DNA from: an uncultured Bacteroidales bacterium
GTDB taxonomy: Bacteria > Bacteroidota > Bacteroidia > Bacteroidales > Bacteroidaceae
Direction: 5' to 3'
NCBI GenBank assembly: GCA_902763865.1
Contig: CACWTR010000002.1
Span: 12,343-76,342, forward strand
Length of the DNA stretch: 64,000 nucleotides
Shown: positions 17,477-26,606 of the stretch, piece after piece
Layout of the letters: every line of letters starts with the position of its first letter
Numbering within the stretch: the stretch's first letter is position 1
Program-made: the position numbers and the translations under genes
The notes under the pieces: generated by a model
What the model was told of the DNA's origin: nothing
Seen by the model: only the letters and a program-made list of their open reading frames with translations
Databases searched by the model: none

Positions 17477-17989
17477 ATGACCACCTTCATCTCCAACTCC
17501 GACCACTACAAAGAGGTGCTGTCGCGGGTGAAGGCCGTGAAGCACACGCTTTGGATTGGGACTGCCGACATTAAAGACCTTTACGTTGAGATGGGCAAGG
17601 AAACAAAACCTTTCTTGGCTCTCATTGCCCAGCTCATTCGGAAGGGTGTGGAGGTGCGGCTGATTCATGCAAAGGAGCCTGGGCCGAACTTCAGGGAAGA
17701 CTTCGACAAGTACCCTGTTCTATATGATCGCTTGGAGCGTGTGCTTTGTCCACGAGTCCACTTCAAAATGCAAGTCTTTGACTGCAAGGAGGTGTATGTG
17801 GGTAGCGCGAACCTTACTGGTGCCGGCATCGGAATGAAGACAGACAACAAGCGAAACTTCGAGGCTGGCATCCTGACCGATGACCCGGAAATCGTGGAGC
17901 AGGCCATGAACCAGTTCGACGAAGTATGGATAGGGAAACATTGCAAGATCTGCAAACGAAGAGACTTCTGCCTTGACCCAATCGCATAA
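17477..17989 (+). CDS. single-HKD phospholipase D-family (Nuc-like) nuclease
   Basis: HFKMQVFDCKEVYVGSANLTG fits HxK-x4-D-x6-GSxN. C-terminal HCKICKRRDFC Cys cluster. 15 nt after the previous ORF. GC-richer than its upstream neighbours. Confidence 0.85.
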   Translation: MTTFISNSDHYKEVLSRVKAVKHTLWIGTADIKDLYVEMGKETKPFLALIAQLIRKGVEVRLIHAKEPGPNFREDFDKYPVLYDRLERVLCPRVHFKMQVFDCKEVYVGSANLTGAGIGMKTDNKRNFEAGILTDDPEIVEQAMNQFDEVWIGKHCKICKRRDFCLDPIA

Positions 17990-18018
17990 ATCTTTTCGAT
18001 AAAAGTTCACTTCCTTTC

Positions 18019-18052
18019 GACCTCTGCCCCTAAACGGCAGAGGTCTTTGCTT
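18019..18052 (+). terminator. hairpin plus weak T-tract after the PLD gene
   Basis: GACCTCTGCC (18019-18028) / GGCAGAGGTC (18036-18045), followed by TTTGCTT. Confidence 0.5.
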
Positions 18053-18094
18053 ACTTCGCACTCAGATTCGTTTAATCTCAAAAGACAAAGTAAG

Positions 18095-19735
18095 ATGGCT
18101 ACGAAAAAGAAGATGGACTTGCTCACGGCTGTGGAGCAGATTGTGGACAAAGCAAAGGGTTCGGGACTCAGCAGCGAGTTCTATCGCAAGGCTGACAAAT
18201 ACATTAAATATGTGTCAGAAAGGTTAGATATGACAAAGGAACAATGCGTCATGATGGCTTTGTTTATCGACAATAGCCACGACGACACTATCCTAATCAG
18301 CGAATTGGGTAAGTTCCTTGAGTGCCGCACAACCCGACTCATCAAGTACATGGCTGAGATTGATGTTCTGGAGAAACGTGAATATGTCAGATGCAACCGA
18401 AACCGTGGCATCAGCTACAAAGTTCCCATGGAAGTGATTGAGGCCTTCAAGAACAACGAGAAGTTTGTGGCGAAAGACTGCTCCGGGCTTTCGTGTTCGG
18501 AGCTTTTCGGTGAGATAGAAAGTCTTTTTGAGAGAAGGGATGAAAAGGATATAACGTACGTGGCTCTGGTGGAAAAGATGAATCATCTGTTTGACAGCAA
18601 CAAGCAACTTCTGTATGTTCAGAAGGTGAAAAGCTATAATTTCTGCAAAGATGACGAGATGATGCTGATTCTCTTTTCACATCTGTTCGTCAACAACTGC
18701 GATGATAACATCGGATTTCACGACATCGACTTCCTCTTTGATAGCAAAAGGCATTGGAGGTTAGAAAAAGCTAGCTTTGAAAAAGGTGACCACATTCTTC
18801 TGGAAGAGCATCTCATAGAGAACAATAACAGTGATGGCTTCTCTGACAGGGTGTCCTTCCGAATGACTAATCAGGCAAAACGGGAGCTTTTCAGCGAGCT
18901 CGGCTTGGCTGCTTTAAGGAAGAACGCCCAGCGAAGAGACATCATCAAGTCGGAGAAAATCGCTCCGAAGAAACTCTTCTATGGCGAGAAAGTCGGCGAA
19001 CAAATTGCGGAATTAGAGAAACTACTGGAGGAAGAAACCTACAACGGGATTCGTACACGCATGAAGGAGACTGGCTTCCGTTGCGGCTTCACTTGCCTTT
19101 TCTATGGTGAGCCAGGAACGGGCAAGACAGAGACCGTGCTTCAGTTGGCAAAGCAGACTTGCCGAGACATCATGCAGGTGAACATCTCGCAGATCAAGAG
19201 CATGTGGGTTGGCGAAAGCGAGAAGAACATCAAGCAGCTCTTCGACGACTATCGGGCAAGGGCTATGGAAAGCGAGCTTACGCCCATCCTGCTCTTCAAC
19301 GAGGCCGATGCCATCATCAACAAACGTCGGGAAGGAGCCGAGAGAGCCGTTGATAAGATGGAGAACTCCATTCAGAACATCATCCTCCAGGAGATGGAAA
19401 CGCTCGACGGCATCCTCATCGCCACAACGAACCTCGCTCAGAACATGGACAAAGCCTTCGAGCGCCGCTTCCTCTACAAGATAAAGTTCGAGAAGCCGAC
19501 CATAGAAGCCCGCATGAGCATGTGGCACGAAATGATTCCTGCCCTCGGAGAGGAAGACTCGCGGGCTTTGGCTTTGAAGTACGACTTCAGCGGCGGTCAG
19601 ATAGAGAACATCGCCAGGCATTATGTCATCGGCAACATCTTGCACGGATGCTCCGATGATATCGTGAAGGAACTCTCTGCTTATTGCGACAGCGAGAAAT
19701 TGCAATCGAAGGAAACACGTAGAATTGGGTTCTGA
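18095..19735 (+). CDS. AAA+ ATPase with an N-terminal winged-helix-like domain
   Basis: Walker A GEPGTGKT. Walker B ILLFNEADAI. CDC48/FtsH-type AAA core. N-terminal ISELGKFLECRTTRLIKYMAEIDVLEKREYV looks wHTH-like. ATG at 18095 (MATKKKMD). Confidence 0.85.
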   Translation: MATKKKMDLLTAVEQIVDKAKGSGLSSEFYRKADKYIKYVSERLDMTKEQCVMMALFIDNSHDDTILISELGKFLECRTTRLIKYMAEIDVLEKREYVRCNRNRGISYKVPMEVIEAFKNNEKFVAKDCSGLSCSELFGEIESLFERRDEKDITYVALVEKMNHLFDSNKQLLYVQKVKSYNFCKDDEMMLILFSHLFVNNCDDNIGFHDIDFLFDSKRHWRLEKASFEKGDHILLEEHLIENNNSDGFSDRVSFRMTNQAKRELFSELGLAALRKNAQRRDIIKSEKIAPKKLFYGEKVGEQIAELEKLLEEETYNGIRTRMKETGFRCGFTCLFYGEPGTGKTETVLQLAKQTCRDIMQVNISQIKSMWVGESEKNIKQLFDDYRARAMESELTPILLFNEADAIINKRREGAERAVDKMENSIQNIILQEMETLDGILIATTNLAQNMDKAFERRFLYKIKFEKPTIEARMSMWHEMIPALGEEDSRALALKYDFSGGQIENIARHYVIGNILHGCSDDIVKELSAYCDSEKLQSKETRRIGF

Positions 19736-19779
19736 TTGCAAATTATTTACAGATGGCTTGGATGTAAGGGAAAATGTCG

Positions 19780-19787
19780 TAACTTTG
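19780..19787 (+). promoter_or_regulatory. candidate -7 box TAACTTTG for the Fic gene
   Basis: TAnnTTTG match 18 nt upstream of the ATG at 19805. Confidence 0.4.
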
Positions 19788-19804
19788 CAAAAAGTTCATG
19801 AACT

Positions 19805-20803
19805 ATGGAGGAAAATAAGATAATAATCTATCAGACAGAGGACGGACAGACGCAGATTGATGTCAGGCTGGAGAATGAGACTGTATGGCTTACGCAAGCT
19901 CAGATGGCTGAACTGTTTCAGAAGGACAGAACAGTGATAACTCGTCATATTAACAATGTATTTAAGGAAGGAGAATTGGAGAAAGAAGAGGTATGTGCAA
20001 AATTTGCACACACCACTCGACATGGAGCTTTGACGGGTAAAACACAAATGCAAGAGACTGTTCTATACAACCTTGATGTTGTCATTTCCGTTGGCTATCG
20101 TGTAAAGAGCAAGCGCGGCACAGCTTTCCGCATCTGGGCTCGTAAGATTCTGAAAGACTACCTCATCAAAGGCTATGCCATGAACGAGCGTATTCGCAAA
20201 GAGCAGATAGGTGAGCTTCGTCAGCTGGTCGGAATGCTTGGGCGTGCCGTACAAAGCCAGCCTCTGCTCTCCAGCGATGAAACGAATGCCCTCTTCGAAG
20301 TGGTGACGGACTACACTTATGCCCTCGACACGCTCGACAACTACGACTACGAGCGCCTGACCATCGAGAAGACCACGAAGGAAGAACCCTTTCATGCCAC
20401 CTACGAAAATGCTATGAAAGAGATTCGTCGCCTTCGCGAGAAGTTTGGGGGCTCAGTCTTGTTCGGCAACGAGAAGGACGACTCTTTCAAGAGCAGCATC
20501 GGACAGATATACCAGACCTTCGGCGGCGAAGAACTCTATCCCAGCGTAGAGGAGAAAGCCGCCATGCTCTTGTATCTCGTCACCAAGAACCACTCCTTCA
20601 GCGACGGAAACAAACGCATCGCAGCCACCTTGTTCCTCTGGTTCCTCAACAACAACGGCATTCTCTATCGCAAAGACGGCTCAAAACGTCTCGCCGACAA
20701 CACCCTTGTAGCCCTGACCCTGATGATTGCCGAGAGCAAGACAGAAGAAAAGGACGTGATGGTAAAGGTTGTGGTGAACCTGATTAATCAGAGGAATAAT
20801 TAA
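19805..20803 (+). CDS. RhuM-like N-domain plus Fic/Doc-family protein
   Basis: N-terminus IIIYQTEDGQTQIDVRLENETVWLTQAQMAELF is RhuM-like. C-terminus HSFSDGNKRIAA is a Doc-type Fic motif. Confidence 0.85.
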   Translation: MEENKIIIYQTEDGQTQIDVRLENETVWLTQAQMAELFQKDRTVITRHINNVFKEGELEKEEVCAKFAHTTRHGALTGKTQMQETVLYNLDVVISVGYRVKSKRGTAFRIWARKILKDYLIKGYAMNERIRKEQIGELRQLVGMLGRAVQSQPLLSSDETNALFEVVTDYTYALDTLDNYDYERLTIEKTTKEEPFHATYENAMKEIRRLREKFGGSVLFGNEKDDSFKSSIGQIYQTFGGEELYPSVEEKAAMLLYLVTKNHSFSDGNKRIAATLFLWFLNNNGILYRKDGSKRLADNTLVALTLMIAESKTEEKDVMVKVVVNLINQRNN

Positions 20804-20853
20804 AAAAACAAATGTGAATTGCAGGAATTCTTATAAAATTACTAATTAAATCT

Positions 20854-22005
20854 ATGAGTAAGGTGATTACAGAGAAGAGAGAAAAGTATGCCAACTGGGT
20901 AAAAAGAGTTTGTGACTTCATAAGTCAAATTGGTCCTCAATTAAATCTTCCTGTTGGAGCGATGCAATCAGACATTTCTGAAGCAATAGAGAATGATATT
21001 AATATCATGTTCCTTGGCCATGACCCGCATGAAGTACCGAAGGAAGACTATAAATTTGAAGATGGAGATTATATTAAAGAACGTTTTGAGACAGGAAATC
21101 CTTGTTGGGGGGACAGAAATGCCAAATGGCCTATCTGGAAAAATCTACGTGATAATTTTATAAGTGTTTATGGGGAATCTTCGCTTATGGATGACACAAA
21201 ACATATGGTCTTTACTAATGCTGTTTTCTTCACTGGAGACAATATAAAGTTAGTATTAGATCAAATTGGTACGAGTGTCGAATGGAAATGCTTAGATTAT
21301 ACGAATGAATTGATATTTGACATTCTTTATCCCAAGATTCTTGTTTGCTTCTCTGTAAGTGATGTGTTCGATAAACTTATCAAAACGATAAATAGAAAAA
21401 GCGAAAATAAACTAACTGTTCATCGATTCAAACCTTATAATATCAAACACATTTGTGCATTAACACAATATAATGGGACTATTATTTTAGGAATTCCACA
21501 CCCAAGTGGTGCTCATGGCATATTCGGTTCGTTACCTGCAATTGTACGTATCATTAACGATTTGTCAAAGGGTGATAAAATAGAGAACATCGTTGCAACT
21601 AAGAATCTGTTCCTTAATTCTCAAGAGAAGAATCAATCTGTGATTCCAAGAATAGATAAAACGAATATTGTACAACAAGTTATATCATCAGGCTATCTTG
21701 AGGCCTATGAAGAAAAGAACCATAGGTATAAACTGAATGAAATATACGGCATAACGATAACCGATACACGAAAAGGTTATATAGCAATAAGACATATTAA
21801 ATATGATTATAAAGGTTATGCCAACACTCAAGATAAAGAAGTACTTGCTATTAAGGATATGTTGAAAGGACGGAAATACAATACTTCTGAAAATGCTTGG
21901 ATAGGGGAAAAAACATTTTCTCAGTTTGGCAATAACGATAACGAGATTATAGAACGAATTTGCAAGGAAATAAAAGAACTTAAAGAAGTAATCCAGAAGA
22001 TGTAG
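20854..22005 (+). CDS. hypothetical protein with a uracil-DNA-glycosylase-superfamily-like N-domain and an unknown C-domain
   Basis: Element order matches the UDG fold: IMFLGHDPHE (compare family-1 GQDPYH), MVFTNAVFF, CLDYTNELIFDILYPKILVCFS, ILGIPHPSGAHG (compare HPSP). AT-rich. From recall only. Confidence 0.5.
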   Translation: MSKVITEKREKYANWVKRVCDFISQIGPQLNLPVGAMQSDISEAIENDINIMFLGHDPHEVPKEDYKFEDGDYIKERFETGNPCWGDRNAKWPIWKNLRDNFISVYGESSLMDDTKHMVFTNAVFFTGDNIKLVLDQIGTSVEWKCLDYTNELIFDILYPKILVCFSVSDVFDKLIKTINRKSENKLTVHRFKPYNIKHICALTQYNGTIILGIPHPSGAHGIFGSLPAIVRIINDLSKGDKIENIVATKNLFLNSQEKNQSVIPRIDKTNIVQQVISSGYLEAYEEKNHRYKLNEIYGITITDTRKGYIAIRHIKYDYKGYANTQDKEVLAIKDMLKGRKYNTSENAWIGEKTFSQFGNNDNEIIERICKEIKELKEVIQKM

Positions 22006-22024
22006 TTTTCTTCAAATAATAACA

Positions 22025-22066
22025 CTTTTCACGCTTTGAAAATAACTTTTATGACGCGTCGTGCGA
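22025..22066. repeat. truncated (about 1.5 unit) copy of the 21-bp ATTTTCA-N5-TGAAAAT array
   Basis: CTTTTCACGCTTTGAAAAT (22025-22043) matches unit 3 of the 77-166 array at 18 of 19 positions. A degenerate unit follows 21 bp later. The CGTCGTG..GTTTT flank is similar. Confidence 0.7.
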
Positions 22067-22241
22067 GGTTTTGTCTTTCGCCCCCATCGGTTATGGAAAA
22101 AGAGGGCAGCAGTTTCGTGCCGAAGACTTCCGGCTGCCGCTACCGGCTGCGCAGACCGGAGGAAAAGGCTCTCTGGAGGACGTTTCGCCATAAAAGGCCA
22201 AATAATTCTGCATTCTTTACGGCTTATTCCTCTTTTTTTTG

Positions 22242-22249
22242 TATCTTTG
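22242..22249 (+). promoter_or_regulatory. candidate -7 box TATCTTTG for ntpD
   Basis: TAnnTTTG match 40 nt upstream of the ATG at 22289. Confidence 0.45.
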
Positions 22250-22288
22250 TACCCGCAAATTGACCATCGCAGAAACGGTACATAAACA

Positions 22289-22897
22289 ATGGCAATAAAG
22301 TTTCAATATAACAAGACCTCGCTGCAACAGATCGAGAAAGCCCTGAAGATGCGGCAGCGCACACTGCCCATCATCAAGAGCAAGGAGACTGCCCTCAGGC
22401 TGGAGGTGAAGAAATGCAAGGTGGAGGCCGACGAGCTGGAGCGCAAGCTGCAAAGTCAGATAGAAGGCTACGAGCGCATGTATGCCCTGTGGGGAGAGTT
22501 CGATGCCTCGCTCGTCAGCCTCGACGACGTGGAGCTCGGCGTCAAGAAGATTGCCGGCGTGCGCGTCCCCGTGCTCAGTAACATTACGCTGAAGGTGAAG
22601 CCCTTCGGCCTGTTCAGCGCACCGAAGTGGTACTTCGACGGCATCAAGCTCCTGCAGGGCCTCGCCAAGACCGCCGTGGAGCGCGAGTTCGTCTTCGCAA
22701 AGCTCCACCTGCTGGAGCACGCCCGCAAGAAGACCACTCAAAAGGTGAACCTCTTCGAGAAAGTGCAGATACCCGGCTATCAGGAAGCCGTCAGGAAGAT
22801 AAAACGTTTCATGGAAGACGAGGAGAACCTCTCCAAGTCGTCGCAGAAGATACTGAAGTCACTTCAGGAGAAAAGAAAGGAGGATGACGCAGCATGA
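22289..22897 (+). CDS. ntpD: V-type ATP synthase subunit D
   Basis: 202-aa coiled-coil ORF (MAIKFQYNKTSLQQIEKALKMRQRTLPIIKSKETALRLE). Overlaps the next gene by 4 nt. Confidence 0.85.
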   Translation: MAIKFQYNKTSLQQIEKALKMRQRTLPIIKSKETALRLEVKKCKVEADELERKLQSQIEGYERMYALWGEFDASLVSLDDVELGVKKIAGVRVPVLSNITLKVKPFGLFSAPKWYFDGIKLLQGLAKTAVEREFVFAKLHLLEHARKKTTQKVNLFEKVQIPGYQEAVRKIKRFMEDEENLSKSSQKILKSLQEKRKEDDAA

Positions 22898-24783
22898 TTG
22901 AGAAAATGAAGAAGCTCACCTTCCTGGTGACCGAGAAAGAATACGACGGCTTCATCGCCGGCCTGAGGGAACAGGGCGTGGTGCACGTGCAGCAGTTGCG
23001 TGCAGGCCGTACCAGCCCCGCCCTGCAGCAGGCACTCGACCTGCGGACGCGCTATCAGCAGGCACTCAGCTACCTCGATATATCGCTCAAGGCGTGGGAG
23101 AAAGAGGAGCAGGGAGCAGGGAGCAAGGAGCAAGAGAACAGCAAGACAAAGCAGCAAGGCACTGTTCTGCTCGATTATGTCGAGCAGCTCAAGGCCGAGG
23201 AAGTCAGCCTGCGCCACGAGATAGACGAAGCAGAGAAGAACGCCGAGAGGATGGAGCCCTGGGGCAACTTCGAGTGGGAAAGCATCCACCGCGTGCAGCA
23301 GGAGACCGGCATGAAGGTATGGTTCTACGCCTGCGCCGCCAAGTCCTTCCAGCCGGATTGGGCCGAGAAGTACTTTGCCATACCCATCGACGACTACCGC
23401 AAGCGTACCTACTTCCTCGCCTTCTCCGATGAGGAACCTGACATCAAGGCCGAGCGCCTGGAACTGCCCGAAGGCTCGCTCAGCCAGTACCGCCAGCAGG
23501 CAGCAGAGGCAAGGAAGGCTCTCCAGGAGAACCACGATGCCATCTGCACCATCGCCCGCCAGTGCCGCGACACCCTTGAGCGGGGCTTGCAGCAGGCTCA
23601 GGGCGAGATACAACTCAGGCAAGTGGAGCTCTCGGATGAGGCGATAGCCGACGGAGCCGTCCGCCTCATGGTGGGATGGACCCTGGCCGACAAAGCAGGC
23701 GAGCTCACACGCTGGCTCGACGAGAAGCAAGTCTATTACGAACTGGAGGACCCTGCCTTCGAGGACGACGTGCCCGTCAAGATAACCAACGACAGCTACT
23801 CGAGCCTCTTCGAACCCATCCTCAGGATGTACTCCCTGCCTAACTATCGCGACATCGACCCCAGCATCTTCTTCGCACCCTTCTTCATGCTCTTCTTCGG
23901 ACTCTGCCTCGGCGACGGCGGCTACGGACTTCTCGTACTGCTGGGCGGCATCTGGCTTGCCCTGAAAGGCAGCAACGAGAAGATGAAGAGCTACGGACGC
24001 CTGGGCATCTGGCTCGGACTGGCAACAGTCGTCTGCGGACTGCTCACGGGCACCGTCTTCGGCATCGACCTGACACAGCAGGACTGGGCCGTGCTGGCAC
24101 CCGTCAAGCCCTACTTCATCAACCCTAACGGCATGGGACTCCTCTTCGGCTACTCCCCCATGATGGTCATCTCCGTCATCATCGGCTTCGTACAAGTGCT
24201 GCTCGGCATGGTGCTGAAGGCTTGCAAGGCATGGAAGAACTACGGCTTCGCCTATTCCATCGGCACGTTCTCGTGGGTAGTGTTCCTGCTGTCTGTCGTC
24301 GCCCTCATGTGTATGCCCTCCGACGGAAGTATGCCTGAGTACCTCAGATACATTCCCTACGCCATCATCCTCATCAGCACCATAGGCATCTTCCTCTACA
24401 ACAACCCGTCGGCCTACAAGAATCCTATTACCGGTCCGCTCCTGAACATCGGCGGAGGCATCTGGGCAACCTACGGAATGTCAACAGGACTGCTGGGCGA
24501 CCTGCTCAGCTACATCCGCCTCTTCGCCCTCGGACTGACGGGCGGCGTGCTGGGCGGCGTGTTCAACTCGCTGGCCTTCGACCTCACCTCCAGCCTGCCT
24601 TGGTTCGTCCGCTGGCTCCCGATGGTGATCATCCTGCTTGCAGGCCACGGCATCACCTTCGCCCTGAGCATGATAAGCGCCTTCGTACATCCCATGCGAC
24701 TCACCTTCGTGGAGTTCTTCAAGAACGCAGACTTCAGCGGCGGAGGCAAGGAATATACTCCCTTCAAGGCAGTGAAAGGCTAA
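22894..24783 (+). CDS. ntpI: V-type ATP synthase subunit I
   Basis: 629 aa. Soluble N-domain plus a C-terminal multi-TM domain with LSYIRLFALGL (conserved Arg helix). Confidence 0.85.
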   Translation: MIEKMKKLTFLVTEKEYDGFIAGLREQGVVHVQQLRAGRTSPALQQALDLRTRYQQALSYLDISLKAWEKEEQGAGSKEQENSKTKQQGTVLLDYVEQLKAEEVSLRHEIDEAEKNAERMEPWGNFEWESIHRVQQETGMKVWFYACAAKSFQPDWAEKYFAIPIDDYRKRTYFLAFSDEEPDIKAERLELPEGSLSQYRQQAAEARKALQENHDAICTIARQCRDTLERGLQQAQGEIQLRQVELSDEAIADGAVRLMVGWTLADKAGELTRWLDEKQVYYELEDPAFEDDVPVKITNDSYSSLFEPILRMYSLPNYRDIDPSIFFAPFFMLFFGLCLGDGGYGLLVLLGGIWLALKGSNEKMKSYGRLGIWLGLATVVCGLLTGTVFGIDLTQQDWAVLAPVKPYFINPNGMGLLFGYSPMMVISVIIGFVQVLLGMVLKACKAWKNYGFAYSIGTFSWVVFLLSVVALMCMPSDGSMPEYLRYIPYAIILISTIGIFLYNNPSAYKNPITGPLLNIGGGIWATYGMSTGLLGDLLSYIRLFALGLTGGVLGGVFNSLAFDLTSSLPWFVRWLPMVIILLAGHGITFALSMISAFVHPMRLTFVEFFKNADFSGGGKEYTPFKAVKG

Positions 24784-24800
24784 AAGGTGAAAGAGAGGCT

Positions 24801-24861
24801 GGTCAGAGGTTAGAATACCTTTGGCCCCTCAGCTTCCCAAACTATCCTCTAACCTCTAACT
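24801..24861. repeat. hairpin with CTCTAAC-type short tandem units downstream of ntpI
   Basis: AGAGGTTAGA (24805-24814) pairs with TCTAACCTCT (24848-24857). The right arm is CCTCTAACCTCTAAC. Confidence 0.5.
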
Positions 24862-25074
24862 CCTCACCACTAACCACAAGAAGATTGAAATCTGAAAAAG
24901 AAGTTTAATTAAATAATCATTAATCCCTCATAAGACACACTTCTTCCGTTCACGACGAAAACAGGCGAAGTCTAAAACAGCAAGCTACATATTATATATA
25001 TAATAAGGTATAAGGTTGCAAAGCCCAACGTCGCCCGTCGAATTGAGAACCACGAATTGTGGATTATGAACTAA

Positions 25075-25533
<459 letters not shown>

Positions 25534-25564
25534 GAAACACAAACCACTAAAACAAAAAAACAAC

Positions 25565-26479
25565 ATGAAACCAACATTATTCCTCCTTGCTGCAGGAATG
25601 GGCAGCCGCTATGGCGGCCTCAAGCAGCTCGACACGCTCGGCCCGCAAGGTCAGAGCATTATGGACTACAGCATTTACGACGCAGTCCAGGCCGGCTTCG
25701 GCAAGATCGTATGGGTCATCCGTCGCGACTTTGAAGAGCAGTTCCGCACACAAATCCTCGCCAAGTACGAGGGACACGTTCCCTGCGAACTCTGCTTCCA
25801 GAGCCTCGACGCACTGCCCGAAGGCTTCACCGTTCCCGAAGGCCGACAGAAACCCTGGGGTACCAACCACGCTGTCCTCATGGGTAAGGACATCATCAAG
25901 GAACCATTCGCCGTGCTCAACTGCGACGACTTCTACGACCGCGACGCCTTCCGCGTAATGGGGAAGTTCCTGAGCGAACTGCCCGAAGGAAGCACCGGCA
26001 AGTATGCAATGGTCGGCTTCCGCGTGGATAACACCTTGAGCGAGAGCGGCACCGTGAGCCGCGGCATCTGCGAGAACGACGAGAAGACTCACCTCCTGAC
26101 TGGCGTCGTGGAGCGCACAAAGATTGAACGCAGGGACGGCGTGGTGCAGTACCTCGACGAGAACGACCAGTGGGTCAGCATCCCCGACACGACACCTGTC
26201 AGCATGAACTTCTGGGGCTTCACACCCGACTACTTCGAGTACAGCGAGGCTTACTTCAAGCAGTTCCTCTCCGACCCGAAGAACCAGGCAAACCTGAAGA
26301 GCGAGTTCTTCATCCCCTTGATGGTCGATCACCTCATCAAGACCGGCAAGGCAACCTGCGAGGTTCTCGACACGACCAGCAAGTGGTTCGGCGTCACCTA
26401 TCCCGAGGACCGTCCGGAGGTTGTTGCCAAGCTCGCTGCCCTGCACAAGGCAGGTCAGTACCCTGACAAGATGTTCTAA
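25565..26479 (+). CDS. sugar-phosphate nucleotidyltransferase family protein
   Basis: LLAAGMGSRYGGLKQL N-terminal NTP-transferase signature. Confidence 0.75.
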   Translation: MKPTLFLLAAGMGSRYGGLKQLDTLGPQGQSIMDYSIYDAVQAGFGKIVWVIRRDFEEQFRTQILAKYEGHVPCELCFQSLDALPEGFTVPEGRQKPWGTNHAVLMGKDIIKEPFAVLNCDDFYDRDAFRVMGKFLSELPEGSTGKYAMVGFRVDNTLSESGTVSRGICENDEKTHLLTGVVERTKIERRDGVVQYLDENDQWVSIPDTTPVSMNFWGFTPDYFEYSEAYFKQFLSDPKNQANLKSEFFIPLMVDHLIKTGKATCEVLDTTSKWFGVTYPEDRPEVVAKLAALHKAGQYPDKMF

Positions 26480-26491
26480 ACCTTCCACTTC

Positions 26492-26584
26492 AACCACGAA
26501 TTACACGAATTGCACGAATCAAGGAATGCATGATAACTGGTAACTTCATCTTTTTTTCTCGTGCAATTCGTGTAATTCGTGGTT
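26492..26584. repeat. second copy of the CACGAATTR 9-mer hairpin (26-bp perfect arms), terminator position
   Basis: AACCACGAATTACACGAATTGCACGA (26492-26517) pairs exactly with TCGTGCAATTCGTGTAATTCGTGGTT (26559-26584). Lies between the stop at 26479 and the start at 26607. Confidence 0.9.
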
Positions 26585-26606
26585 TTATTGATTATAGCAG
26601 TTTGAT

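Noticed and set aside
17477-19735. Assigning the PLD plus ATPase pair to a named PLD-containing defence system such as the Mokosh type.
   Set aside because: Those systems, as I recall them, need a helicase-type partner. Here the partner is a classical AAA+ ATPase, and a hairpin separates the genes.
9092-22005. Calling the island an integrative element, prophage or ICE.
   Set aside because: I saw no integrase, transposase, relaxase, phage structural genes, tRNA target or flanking direct repeats. YopX-like motifs alone do not make a prophage.
22036-22285. ORFs of 75 and 74 aa in the island/ntpD spacer.
   Set aside because: They overlap each other in different frames, start inside the repeat copy, have Arg/Pro/Ser-rich composition, and run across the ntpD promoter box.
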